From the IMG/VR virus record IMGVR_UViG_3300031576_000030, positions 1 through 64,000 of that record: a DNA stretch of 64,000 bases; one strand, 5' to 3'. The stretch is from a virus. The translations under genes were made by a program, and so were the position numbers. Of this stretch, positions 47,494 through 56,058 are shown piece after piece. A model generated the notes under the pieces. That model was not told the DNA's origin. It was given only the letters and a program-made list of their open reading frames with translations, and did no database searches. Position 1 is the stretch's first letter. Each line of letters starts with the position of its first letter.

Positions 47494-48434
47494 CCTGGGG
47501 TACCTTCGCCGAGTTCACCGGACAACCGCGAATGGTGGACGGGAAGTGGTATCTGACCTCGCGCGGCTACTGCGACTGGAAGCGAGGCAAAGGCGGCTGG
47601 TACGTGGACGGCGGGCGGAACCTTGCCGAACTCGGCAAAAGGCTGGAAACCCTGGTTTCCTATGGCGACTCCACCCTGCCCGCCCCCAGAACCTACTGGC
47701 TGGCTCAAAAAATAGGGGGTAGGCAGGCCGAGGTGTACAAAGATGCCCTGGAAGACCTGATGCTGAAGATTCACGCAGCCACGGGCCGCTGGACGCGACA
47801 GGCGGTGCAAAATGCGATGGTCTCGGTCGGCCTGGCGCGCGCATCCCTGGCGATGTCGCCCAAAGCCTTTCTCAAGGGAAAAATGCCGTACGGCTGGATC
47901 GATGAACTCGGCGCGAAGCAAAGGTGGTTTTTCGACGAGTTCTGGCCGAGGATCGGCCTCCAGGATCGAGTCGTCGTGTTCTCGGAGTGGACGCGCGCCA
48001 CCGGCGAGATGACCGCCCGCTGCAAGGCCAGAGGAATATCGGTCGCCCACTTTCACGGCGGCCTGTCGCTGAAGCGGCGGGAGCAGGTCTTGGAAAACTG
48101 GGATCATGGGGAATACCGCGTGATGGTGTGCTCACCGTCTGGCTTCAATAGTGTAAATCTTCACAAGCCAGCGGGGGTATCCCAGAAAATTTTCTCCGTC
48201 ATGCTGGACATTCCGCAGTGGTACAAACTGGTGCAGCGCGTGGGCCGGACGGCGCGGCACGGAATGCAGGGGACGCCGGTGGTGCTCATCCCCTACATTC
48301 CCAACAGCATCGAGACCGAGTGGGCCGCCTTCGCCTCACGCCGTATCCTGCCGGACTTCGAGGCGATATTTGGTCCGAACACACCGGCCAGGAACCTATA
48401 CCATGACAATCTCGATCAAGTTCGGCAACTGTAA
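47490..48434 (+). CDS. SNF2-like helicase, C-terminal part
   Basis: RVVVFSEW, HFHGG, SVNL, QRVGRTARHG. Confidence 0.8.
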   Translation: MTWGTFAEFTGQPRMVDGKWYLTSRGYCDWKRGKGGWYVDGGRNLAELGKRLETLVSYGDSTLPAPRTYWLAQKIGGRQAEVYKDALEDLMLKIHAATGRWTRQAVQNAMVSVGLARASLAMSPKAFLKGKMPYGWIDELGAKQRWFFDEFWPRIGLQDRVVVFSEWTRATGEMTARCKARGISVAHFHGGLSLKRREQVLENWDHGEYRVMVCSPSGFNSVNLHKPAGVSQKIFSVMLDIPQWYKLVQRVGRTARHGMQGTPVVLIPYIPNSIETEWAAFASRRILPDFEAIFGPNTPARNLYHDNLDQVRQL

Positions 48435-48654
48435 AATCCACCGGAGCGCGGTGGGCAGCACTTTAGTCATGCATGTGCAGATCGGGCCACACATGGGCAA
48501 TCTTATCGGGCGTCTCGGCATAAATTTTCTCGACTTTTCCGAGTACCATCCCGATGCCATCTATCCTTGGCCCATCAGCGGCTCGATGATCACCACACTC
48601 GTCAATCAGTTAAACGAAGTAAGGGGGATAGACCGCTCGCCAGGCGCGGGATAG
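48403..48654 (+). CDS. hypothetical protein
   Basis: ORF in operon orientation. Confidence 0.4.
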   Translation: MTISIKFGNCKIHRSAVGSTLVMHVQIGPHMGNLIGRLGINFLDFSEYHPDAIYPWPISGSMITTLVNQLNEVRGIDRSPGAG

Positions 48655-48793
48655 AAAAGTCCGGGGGGCCGAAAACTGGCGGGGCGCGTTACACAGCCAG
48701 GCGTTGCAACCCACCGACCGCAGCGAGGCACGCCGGGAACCATCACAGGCAATGGCCGACGCGCAGGGGGATCTCATAGAAAAGGAGAGACGC

Positions 48794-49000
48794 ATGAATG
48801 ATACAGAACTGGTCACGAAGTTGGAAGCCCTGTGGCAATCACTCAAGAAGGATGCTGCCAGGAGCCGCGATAAGAGCCACTGGTACCGGGCGAGGGGAGA
48901 CGAACCCTATGCGGAGTTTCACTTTGGGCAGTGTATCGCCTACGAATTTACTGCCCAGGAACTATACCACATCCTCCACCCCTGGAAGCCTGGGGAATGA
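48794..49000 (+). CDS. hypothetical protein
   Basis: AAGGAG RBS. Confidence 0.6.
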   Translation: MNDTELVTKLEALWQSLKKDAARSRDKSHWYRARGDEPYAEFHFGQCIAYEFTAQELYHILHPWKPGE

Positions 49001-49209
49001 AGACCGGGATGCTGTGGTTCGACAGCGGAGAACGCAGCCTTCAGGAGAAGATCATGCGGGCCGCCGCCCACTATCGGCAGAAGTACGGTCACTCGGCCAC
49101 GGTGTGCTATGTCAACCCCTCCGAGACTCTCACGCCCAACCTGCCGCTACGTGTGGAGTATTCAGCCACCGTTCTCAAGAACCACTACTGGCTGGGGGTG
49201 GACATATAA
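48997..49209 (+). CDS. conserved hypothetical protein
   Basis: GMLWFD..RAAAHYRQKYG..CYVNP..HYWLG; ATGA coupling. Confidence 0.65.
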   Translation: MKTGMLWFDSGERSLQEKIMRAAAHYRQKYGHSATVCYVNPSETLTPNLPLRVEYSATVLKNHYWLGVDI

Positions 49210-49227
49210 TGATCGATGGAGGTATCG

Positions 49228-49536
49228 ATGATATTCAATCGTTGGGAGACTTACCGTGGACACCTATTGAGCGCCCTGCCGCAGCATTTCGTGTGCGCGG
49301 AGTGCGGTGGGCGTTTCGTCCTGCGCGCCGTGGGCAACCATACCACCGCCGTCGAGTGCGCCGCCGACAATGACCACTCCGGCTTTGCCGCGCAACAGGA
49401 GTACGACGAGGCCCAGCCTCCCCTCGGCCAAGAGACTGTGCGGCAGGACGTACTTCAGGGGGCAATGGACTTCATCCCTGGCCTGAGGCGGGCGCTGAAC
49501 GAACGCGCCCGCAAGGCCCTATTTGGAGAGGACTGA
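49228..49536 (+). CDS. Zn-ribbon protein
   Basis: CAECGG..C..H; GGAGGT RBS. Confidence 0.6.
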   Translation: MIFNRWETYRGHLLSALPQHFVCAECGGRFVLRAVGNHTTAVECAADNDHSGFAAQQEYDEAQPPLGQETVRQDVLQGAMDFIPGLRRALNERARKALFGED

Positions 49537-49537
49537 C

Positions 49538-50575
49538 ATGGCGACCGACAAGCAATTCAACGAACTGATGCCGATGATGCAGGCGCAGAGCGCATCGCTC
49601 TTTCACTCCATCACCCGCGTCGAGGTGACGATCTCCCCCAACACGGACGATAAGGAGGTGTACGCCCAATCGGGACGGCTGGCGCTGACCGGTCTCGCCA
49701 TCGCAAAACTGGCGACGGCGGCGGGCATCCGCAGCGTACCCAACGAGAACTACCCCACCGACGACGGCAAGCACCCGCACTACCGATCCTGGCATTGGGC
49801 CGGTCAGTGGACGCAGCCGGACGGCATGGAACTGCAACTGGCCGGGGACTACACCCTCGATCTGCGCGAGACGGTCGAGGTGGACGGCCAGAAGATCTAC
49901 GGCCCGCGCTTCGAGAAGGCGTTGTACGACAACCGACTCAAACTGTCCTTCAGCCAGGCCAAGACCGAAAAGATGAACGAGGCGATCCGCTACCTGGACA
50001 ATCTGGTCGGCGAGGCGAAAGACACGCTCGAGGCCAAGTCCCTGGACATGACGCGGCGTGAGATGGCCGCGCGCCGCATCCACATCACTTCCCTGGCCCA
50101 GACCGGCGCGATGGATCGGGCGGTGCGCAAGTTGCTGCAACTCAAGGCCACCTACACCGCCCAGGAACTCCAGCGTCCCTTCGTCGTCTACCGCAGCCGT
50201 TTCGATTTCGATTTGATGGCCGAGCGATTGGGACCGGAGCAGACACGAATCTTGGCAATCGCGGCGGCCTCCAAGACGCTGGGCGTCGACGTCGACACCC
50301 TGAGGCAGATCGCCGCACCGCCCACCAATGGCGGCGAGTCCCCCGACACGTCGATCCCCCTGCCCTGGCGCGAAGGCAAGGCGGAAGCGGCAGACCATCT
50401 CGACGCCAAGTTGGACATCGCTCTGGTGGAGCGGGCGAAAGCCGTCATCAAGCCCTCCGCCCACCTGCGCAACCACCTCAAGAAACACTATCAGGCGGCC
50501 AAGTGGGGCGACCTGACCTACGAACAGGCGGTCGGCCTGTGGCAACACCTGGAGATGATCGATGGCGAAGTCTGA
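49538..50575 (+). CDS. putative recombination/ssDNA-annealing protein
   Basis: LALTGLAIAKLATAAGI, AQTGAMDRAVRKLL..YT..EL.RPF; function inferred from context. Confidence 0.45.
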   Translation: MATDKQFNELMPMMQAQSASLFHSITRVEVTISPNTDDKEVYAQSGRLALTGLAIAKLATAAGIRSVPNENYPTDDGKHPHYRSWHWAGQWTQPDGMELQLAGDYTLDLRETVEVDGQKIYGPRFEKALYDNRLKLSFSQAKTEKMNEAIRYLDNLVGEAKDTLEAKSLDMTRREMAARRIHITSLAQTGAMDRAVRKLLQLKATYTAQELQRPFVVYRSRFDFDLMAERLGPEQTRILAIAAASKTLGVDVDTLRQIAAPPTNGGESPDTSIPLPWREGKAEAADHLDAKLDIALVERAKAVIKPSAHLRNHLKKHYQAAKWGDLTYEQAVGLWQHLEMIDGEV

Positions 50576-51227
50576 GGTCGTTTCGCTCGATCAAGCCGTG
50601 CGTTCTCACCGATTCTCTGCCCTGAGCCGCATCATCCAGGAGGCGCGGGAGCGATCTATGAAATATACCCGCCTCTACTGGGGCGCGGTGTATGAGATCT
50701 ACCGCGACCGGCTATGGGATGCTGAGTACGAGTCTCAGGCCGACTGGATCGGCTCATTCAGCGTGGAGCCGTTCGGCCCCTCGCGGTCGATGCTGATGCA
50801 AGTCATGCAGACCTTCGACGCATTGACGCAGAACGGCCTGACGCTGCCCCAGGCCCGCGATGCCGTGGGCAGCGGCAAGACGGCCATCCTTCACGACCTG
50901 AGCAGACTCTTCAACCGCGTCGGTCGCCGCACCTTCAGCCTTAAAGCCTCGGTGCGGCGGCAGATGAAAGGCCGTAGCCTGGCGCAGGTGGTCGACGATC
51001 TGTCTCAGATGGGCGACGGCGCAGCCCGCGCGGAAGTCGGATCGTTTCTCGGACAGCACCAGGTCTTCTGCATCGACCGGGTGTGGTCGGGACGGAGTCT
51101 CCTGATACGGTTGGCGGAGAAGAACGCCAACGGCAGGAACTACTATTATGACGTAGTGATACGCCTGAGCCGCCATAGCCCGGCGGTCGAGTCGTATCTG
51201 GAAAAGAAGTTCAATCCGGTCGAATAG
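50562..51227 (+). CDS. hypothetical DNA-binding protein
   Basis: EIYRDRLW..YES..DW motif; coupled to upstream gene. Confidence 0.55.
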   Translation: MAKSEVVSLDQAVRSHRFSALSRIIQEARERSMKYTRLYWGAVYEIYRDRLWDAEYESQADWIGSFSVEPFGPSRSMLMQVMQTFDALTQNGLTLPQARDAVGSGKTAILHDLSRLFNRVGRRTFSLKASVRRQMKGRSLAQVVDDLSQMGDGAARAEVGSFLGQHQVFCIDRVWSGRSLLIRLAEKNANGRNYYYDVVIRLSRHSPAVESYLEKKFNPVE

Positions 51228-51237
51228 AGGCGAGAGA

Positions 51238-52863
51238 ATGAATATAGGATTCAATCTACCCCAGGACATGATCACCCAGACCTTTGCCATCCTCGCCAAG
51301 CGGCGGACGGGCAAGACCTACACCGCCTCGGTCATGGCCGAGGAGATGGTCAAAGCCGAATTGCCCTTCGTCGTGCTAGACCCGACCGGGGCCTGGTGGG
51401 GGCTACGGGCCTCCGCCGATGGCAAGCGCGAGGGCCTGCCGGTGATCGTCATCGGCGGCGCGCACGGCGACCTGCCGCTGGAGGCGCATTCGGGCAGGCT
51501 GATCGCGGAGATTGTGGTCGAGCATCCAGGCTGGTACGTGATCGATCTATCGCTGAGCCAATCCAACGCGGAGCAAGACCGCTTCGCCCTGGACTTCGCC
51601 GAACGGATATATCGCCTGAAAGAAAAGCACCGTGAGCCGCTGCACCTGTTCGTCGACGAGGCCGACTCCTTTGCCCCGCAGCGGCCTATCCGAGGCCAGG
51701 AACGCATGTTGGGAGCCTACGAGTCCCTGGTGCGTCGCGGCGGCATCCGGGGGGTGGGCGTGACGCTGATCACCCAACGGCCCGCCGTGCTCAACAAGAA
51801 CGTACTCACCCAGACCGAGGTGCTGATCGTCTTGCAGATCACCGCGCCGCAAGACCAAAAGGCCATCGACGACTGGGTGCGTCAGAACGGCACAAAAGAG
51901 GAACGAGATACTCTGATGGCCTCGCTTGCCTCGCTCAAGCAGGGCGAGGCCTGGGTCTGGTCGCCGTCCTGGTTGGAGAAGTTCGAGCGGGTGAGGATCC
52001 GCCAGCGCGAGACGTTCAACTCCTCGGCCACCCCCAAGGCCGGGGAGCGGGCGGTCGTGCCGCAGCGCTTCGCCGCAGTCGACTTGGAGAAATTGCGCGC
52101 GCGAATCTTGGGTACCACGCAGCGCGTCCAGCAGGAAGACCCTCAGACGCTGCGCGAGGAGATCGCCGCCTTACGCCGACAATTGAACGCCCGCCCGACC
52201 GAGGTGCGCGAGGTGATTAAAGAGGTCTTCCCCGACGCGCTGCGCTCCAGCCTATCCGCCGCCCTGGAAGATGTCCATACCTCGCTGGAGGGTGTTGGCA
52301 CGTCTCTGTCCCATGTGGAGGCGCTGCTCCAGCCGGTAGAGGCCATCCAGCCTGCCGATCACAAGACGGTCAAGGGGCTGCGGCGCGGGGGATGGCAGAT
52401 ACTCGCCACGCTGTCGGCTTACAACAGCCTGACCCCCGCCCAACTTGCCACGCTGTCGTACATGGCGAAGTCAGGCACGTTCCAGACCTACCTCAGCCAA
52501 TTGCGCCAGTTCGGGTTCATCGAGTCAAATGGCAGGGGCCTGGCGATCACCGAACGTGGACTATTCCATTACACGGAGAATCGCGAGCCGCTGCTGCCGC
52601 CACCGGCCACCACACAGGAGATCGTCGCGGCCTGGTCGGTCAAACTCCGCAGCGGTGCGCGGCGCATGCTGGCGGCCTTGATACCCCATTATCCGCGCGG
52701 TATCAGCCGGGGTACCCTGGCGAGCGAGGCGGGCTTGCAGAAGTCGGGTACGTTCCAGACGTACCTGTCCACCTTGAAGCGCCTGGGTCTGGCCGAGACC
52801 GGAATCAACACCGTCAAGGCTAGTCCCACCTTGTTCTTGAATCGAGGAGGCAACCATGAGTGA
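51238..52863 (+). CDS. HerA/FtsK-like (DUF87) ATPase with coiled coil and two C-terminal winged-helix repeats
   Basis: AKRRTGKT, VVLDPTG, LFVDEAD, ITQRP; KSGTFQTYLS twice. Confidence 0.85.
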   Translation: MNIGFNLPQDMITQTFAILAKRRTGKTYTASVMAEEMVKAELPFVVLDPTGAWWGLRASADGKREGLPVIVIGGAHGDLPLEAHSGRLIAEIVVEHPGWYVIDLSLSQSNAEQDRFALDFAERIYRLKEKHREPLHLFVDEADSFAPQRPIRGQERMLGAYESLVRRGGIRGVGVTLITQRPAVLNKNVLTQTEVLIVLQITAPQDQKAIDDWVRQNGTKEERDTLMASLASLKQGEAWVWSPSWLEKFERVRIRQRETFNSSATPKAGERAVVPQRFAAVDLEKLRARILGTTQRVQQEDPQTLREEIAALRRQLNARPTEVREVIKEVFPDALRSSLSAALEDVHTSLEGVGTSLSHVEALLQPVEAIQPADHKTVKGLRRGGWQILATLSAYNSLTPAQLATLSYMAKSGTFQTYLSQLRQFGFIESNGRGLAITERGLFHYTENREPLLPPPATTQEIVAAWSVKLRSGARRMLAALIPHYPRGISRGTLASEAGLQKSGTFQTYLSTLKRLGLAETGINTVKASPTLFLNRGGNHE

Positions 52864-53263
52864 AAAAATTTACCTCGGCCATCGGGGGGAGGATGGCTCT
52901 CTTGAAGTAGAAGTCTTCGACCGAGACCGGAAAATTATCCAGCCCCTGCGCCACGTGGGCATCCACAGCCCGGATGGTTTCGAGTGGGGGTATGGCGGAT
53001 CGGGCCCGGCAGACCTGGCCCTGTCCATCCTGGCCGACTTGTTCGACGAGGCGCTGCCGCTGTATGTGAACGCCAGCCGTGCCTGGGAGAAGACCGAGTG
53101 GCGCGACCAGGTGACAGACTGGAAGGCATGGCGTTACCACCAGGAGTTCAAATGGAAGTTCGTCGGCAGGCTCGGCCACTTCGATTGGCGACTGTCTTCG
53201 CTGTCCATCCTGGATTGGTTGGGCATCCGCAGTCTGTGGCCCGGCCCGTCGCGCATGGATTGA
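52856..53263 (+). CDS. DUF6166-like protein
   Basis: HSPDGFEWGYGGSGPADLALSILAD, YHQEFKW. Confidence 0.8.
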   Translation: MSEKIYLGHRGEDGSLEVEVFDRDRKIIQPLRHVGIHSPDGFEWGYGGSGPADLALSILADLFDEALPLYVNASRAWEKTEWRDQVTDWKAWRYHQEFKWKFVGRLGHFDWRLSSLSILDWLGIRSLWPGPSRMD

Positions 53264-53427
53264 CCCAAAAAATTCCCGCCCTGCCCGAAATGCGGTCGCA
53301 AGGGCTTGCACTATCCCGACCATCCCCATGCCCGTGGCTTCAAGGACTACGACCGCCTGGTCTGCCGCTTCTGCAAGACCCGGTTCAAGATCACGATAAA
53401 GGAAAAGAAAGGCAGGGACAAGACACA

Positions 53428-53868
53428 ATGAAACTCACCCGGAACCTGATTCATTCGATTTTGCGCCACGCGGGTTTCCCCAGAGCGACGGCAAAGACTC
53501 TGCCATCGGGCTGGCAGAGATGGTCGAAGGGATACATCACCTTGAAGATTGTTCCCGACCCCATCAACGATCACGTTGCGTTACAGTATTCCACCGATCC
53601 GAGCGACAAAGCCATGCTGGAGCGCTACCGGGAGGCGCTCGCCCGACGCAATGTTGAGTCGTTCATCCAGACCTATTATCCGAAAACGCCTTGGGAGTAC
53701 CATACGCTTTACATCAAGATGGAATCGGATGTTGAAGGCGGTAGACACGAGTGCCCGACGTGCAAGCAGGTGTTCTCCACACGCCGAGGCCTATCCGCCC
53801 ACCACACTTGGAAGCACCTCCCACCCTTTCAGGAATCTAATCAGGATAGGCCAGGGCACGACAAATGA
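53428..53868 (+). CDS. protein with C-terminal C2H2 zinc finger
   Basis: HECPTCKQVFSTRRGLSAHHTWKH. Confidence 0.65.
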   Translation: MKLTRNLIHSILRHAGFPRATAKTLPSGWQRWSKGYITLKIVPDPINDHVALQYSTDPSDKAMLERYREALARRNVESFIQTYYPKTPWEYHTLYIKMESDVEGGRHECPTCKQVFSTRRGLSAHHTWKHLPPFQESNQDRPGHDK

Positions 53869-54084
53869 CACCCTACCTCACCGGTCTATACTGGCTCACC
53901 ATCCGGCCCGAATACGAGCCGACTCGTCCGGTTCGCGCTCACAAGAAAGGCATCACCCCATGATGGATGCCTATGCCCTGGGGTTTTTCCACGGGGTGTT
54001 GGGTTGCCTGGCATCCTACGTGATCGCCACCGTCGTGACGGGCTTGGCCTGGTTCGAGTGGATGAAACACAAAGCGTCGGTGAG

Positions 54085-54501
54085 ATGAAGTTCCCTCCCG
54101 ATGCGCGGTTATCCGCCTGGCGCATCCGCGTCCCACCGCTGGCGAGCGATGACAGTTATGGCAACAACGGCGCATTCCTGGTGCCGGGGCCGCATCGGGT
54201 GGCGCTGCAGGTGATCGCTTCCGATGGAATGGGGTGGGATCACGTCAGCGTCAGCCCTCAAGCGCCGCGAACCCCTTTATGGGACGAGATGGACTTCGTG
54301 AAGTCCATCTTTTGGGACGACAAAGAGGCCGTCATGCAACTGCACCCGCCCCGATCTACTTGGGTAAATAACCATCCGTATGTGTTGCACCTATGGCGAC
54401 CTCTGGGCGGGATAGAGATTCCGCTGCCGCCTGAGAACCTGGTGGGGATCAAAGCGGCGGGTACATTCGACGTCAAGTTCAGTGCAACACGATCATCTTA
54501 A
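54085..54501 (+). CDS. conserved phage hypothetical protein
   Basis: NGAF..IASDGMGWDHVSVS..RTPLWDEM..K..FW..QLHP..VNNHP..LHLW. Confidence 0.75.
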   Translation: MKFPPDARLSAWRIRVPPLASDDSYGNNGAFLVPGPHRVALQVIASDGMGWDHVSVSPQAPRTPLWDEMDFVKSIFWDDKEAVMQLHPPRSTWVNNHPYVLHLWRPLGGIEIPLPPENLVGIKAAGTFDVKFSATRSS

Positions 54502-54511
54502 GGAGGTGGAC

Positions 54512-55144
54512 ATGAACAATATCACCACGACCCAGTACGACCTGCACATCACCCTGACCGCGCCGCTGCTGGGGACACAGCCGCCCAAAGACGTGGCGAC
54601 CAAGTACCTAACCAGCCAGGTTCTCGACGCAGCCCGCTTGCCATCGAATGTAGTAGAGGTAGGCGACGACACCGTGGCCGCCGCAGACGAGTTGGAGACT
54701 CTGCCCGAACTGCTGGAGCGCGGCACGACCGCCTTCCACACCCTGGACGGTCGGCCCATCCTGTACAACTACCACGTCAAGGGCTTTCTCAAGGAGGCGG
54801 GTTCGGTCTTCAACGGCCTGCGCGGAGTCAAGAACCTGCGCTCCAAGATCGACTCGTTGGTGTTCGTGACGCCCCGACGCATCGAGTTGTACCACGACCA
54901 GCCGATGGGGATTCTGGAACGGCCTTTGCGGGCCATGACCGCCCAAGGCCCGCGCACAGCGCTCGCCCGTTCCGAGATGTTGCCGGAGGGGACACGCTTT
55001 GACTGCCTCTTGGAAGTCTACGACGGCCCGATCAGCCATCTACTGCTGACCGACCTCCTCAGTTATGGAGAAAAAAAGGGGCTGGGTCAGTGGCGGAACT
55101 CTTCCGTCTACGGCACGTTTTCCTTCGTCCTCGTCAAGCGATAG
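54512..55144 (+). CDS. stand-alone Cas7/RAMP-superfamily protein
   Basis: AAGGAGGT RBS; beta1 HITLTAPLLGT, PILYNYHVKGFLKEA helix, ERPLRA..RSE thumb, C-terminal G-rich loop GEKKGLGQWRNSSVYGTF. Confidence 0.8.
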   Translation: MNNITTTQYDLHITLTAPLLGTQPPKDVATKYLTSQVLDAARLPSNVVEVGDDTVAAADELETLPELLERGTTAFHTLDGRPILYNYHVKGFLKEAGSVFNGLRGVKNLRSKIDSLVFVTPRRIELYHDQPMGILERPLRAMTAQGPRTALARSEMLPEGTRFDCLLEVYDGPISHLLLTDLLSYGEKKGLGQWRNSSVYGTFSFVLVKR

Positions 55145-55430
55145 CGAGGTATCGTATCGTGAGTGCCCGGTGTTGCATTGCGTTGCATGGGCATGGTGAG
55201 GTGGAGTGAAGCGTTGCTCTGGCAGGGTGAAGCAGGGTGTAGTCCGGCATAGCAACCGCAGAGTATGGACGAGTGTTGCGAACGCGATGTGGAGTAAGGC
55301 GCCGTTTAGCGCAGGTATAGTTCGGTGTTTCGCAGCACCAGCGAGGTTGTGCCAAGTGGAGCGAAGGCGCAGTACGGTTTGGCAGCGCGAGGGCAAAGCC
55401 AGGTGATGTACCGCTCAGGTATAGCGGGGT
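55141..55430 (+). ncRNA. periodic NNNGY pentamer array, candidate guide RNA(s) of the RAMP protein
   Basis: 56 contiguous units (46 x 5 nt, 10 x 6 nt), 54 end in GT/GC; starts at RAMP stop codon; no credible ORF. Confidence 0.8.
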
Positions 55431-55599
55431 GGGAATCACCGGCATACTGACCATAACCTTTGTGGTCTTGAAGTTAGCCCACGTGATTGATTGGTCGTGG
55501 GTGTGGGTACTTGCCCCCGCGTGGGGGACGTGCTTGCTGATACCCTTGTTCGTGGCGACTTTCATCGCCTTGACCTTCCTGTTGGAACTGCGGAAGTGA
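55429..55599 (+). CDS. small two-TM membrane protein (not in ORF track)
   Basis: GTG start; GITGILTITFVVLKLAHVIDWSWVWVLAPAW motif of a common phage membrane family. Confidence 0.7.
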   Translation: MGITGILTITFVVLKLAHVIDWSWVWVLAPAWGTCLLIPLFVATFIALTFLLELRK

Positions 55600-55607
55600 A
55601 ACACAGT

Positions 55608-55636
55608 CGGGCCGGGAGTAAGTCATTCCCGGCCCG
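55608..55636. terminator. hairpin between convergent transcription units
   Basis: CGGGCCGGGA/TCCCGGCCCG 10-bp stem. Confidence 0.75.
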
Positions 55637-55644
55637 CGTGGTGA

Positions 55645-56046
55645 TCAGGGCTTGCGCGATGCGGTCAGCGCATCCACCACGCCCTTGCCCAAAATCGCCA
55701 TGACCAGGAACTCACTGAGCAGGGTCACGGCGTCCTCGGGGATGCTGATGCCCACGGCGGTGAGGCCGGAAACGCCCAACTGGGCCAACACTGCGATGAG
55801 GGCCATCCTCATCTTCTGCCCCTTGAGTACCGCGATGCCACTGGAGTAGTTGGGCTTGTAAGCCCCCTCGAAGATAGCCCCCACCACCACTGCCCAGGCA
55901 GCGGTGATGGCGGTCGTCACCGCCTCCACCGGCAGGGCGATCCCGGCCCTCGGTGCCAACAGCCCCAGGGCCGTCACCACCAGAGCGACTACGACGGTCG
56001 TGACCTCGTTGCGCTTCAGGAAATTGCCAATCGCGCTTGTGCTCAT
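55645..56046 (-). CDS. holin-like membrane protein
   Basis: four hydrophobic segments; last gene of lysis cluster. Confidence 0.6.
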   Translation of the reverse strand: MSTSAIGNFLKRNEVTTVVVALVVTALGLLAPRAGIALPVEAVTTAITAAWAVVVGAIFEGAYKPNYSSGIAVLKGQKMRMALIAVLAQLGVSGLTAVGISIPEDAVTLLSEFLVMAILGKGVVDALTASRKP

Positions 56047-56058
56047 GTTTGCCTCCGT

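Noticed and set aside
14325-53263. Genome-wide TGA recoding suggested by two in-frame TGAs (14325, 53261)
   Set aside because: Many genes end at TGA with ATGA/TGATG coupling to the next start, so TGA is a normal stop.
55141-55430. Canonical CRISPR array next to the Cas7-like gene
   Set aside because: No 25-40 nt identical repeats separated by spacers; conservation is limited to periodic GY.
55040-55604. ORFs across the array (55206-55406 +, 55040-55396 -, 55134-55604 -)
   Set aside because: No clear RBS and Cys/Arg/His-skewed compositions; 5-nt periodicity is at odds with codon structure.
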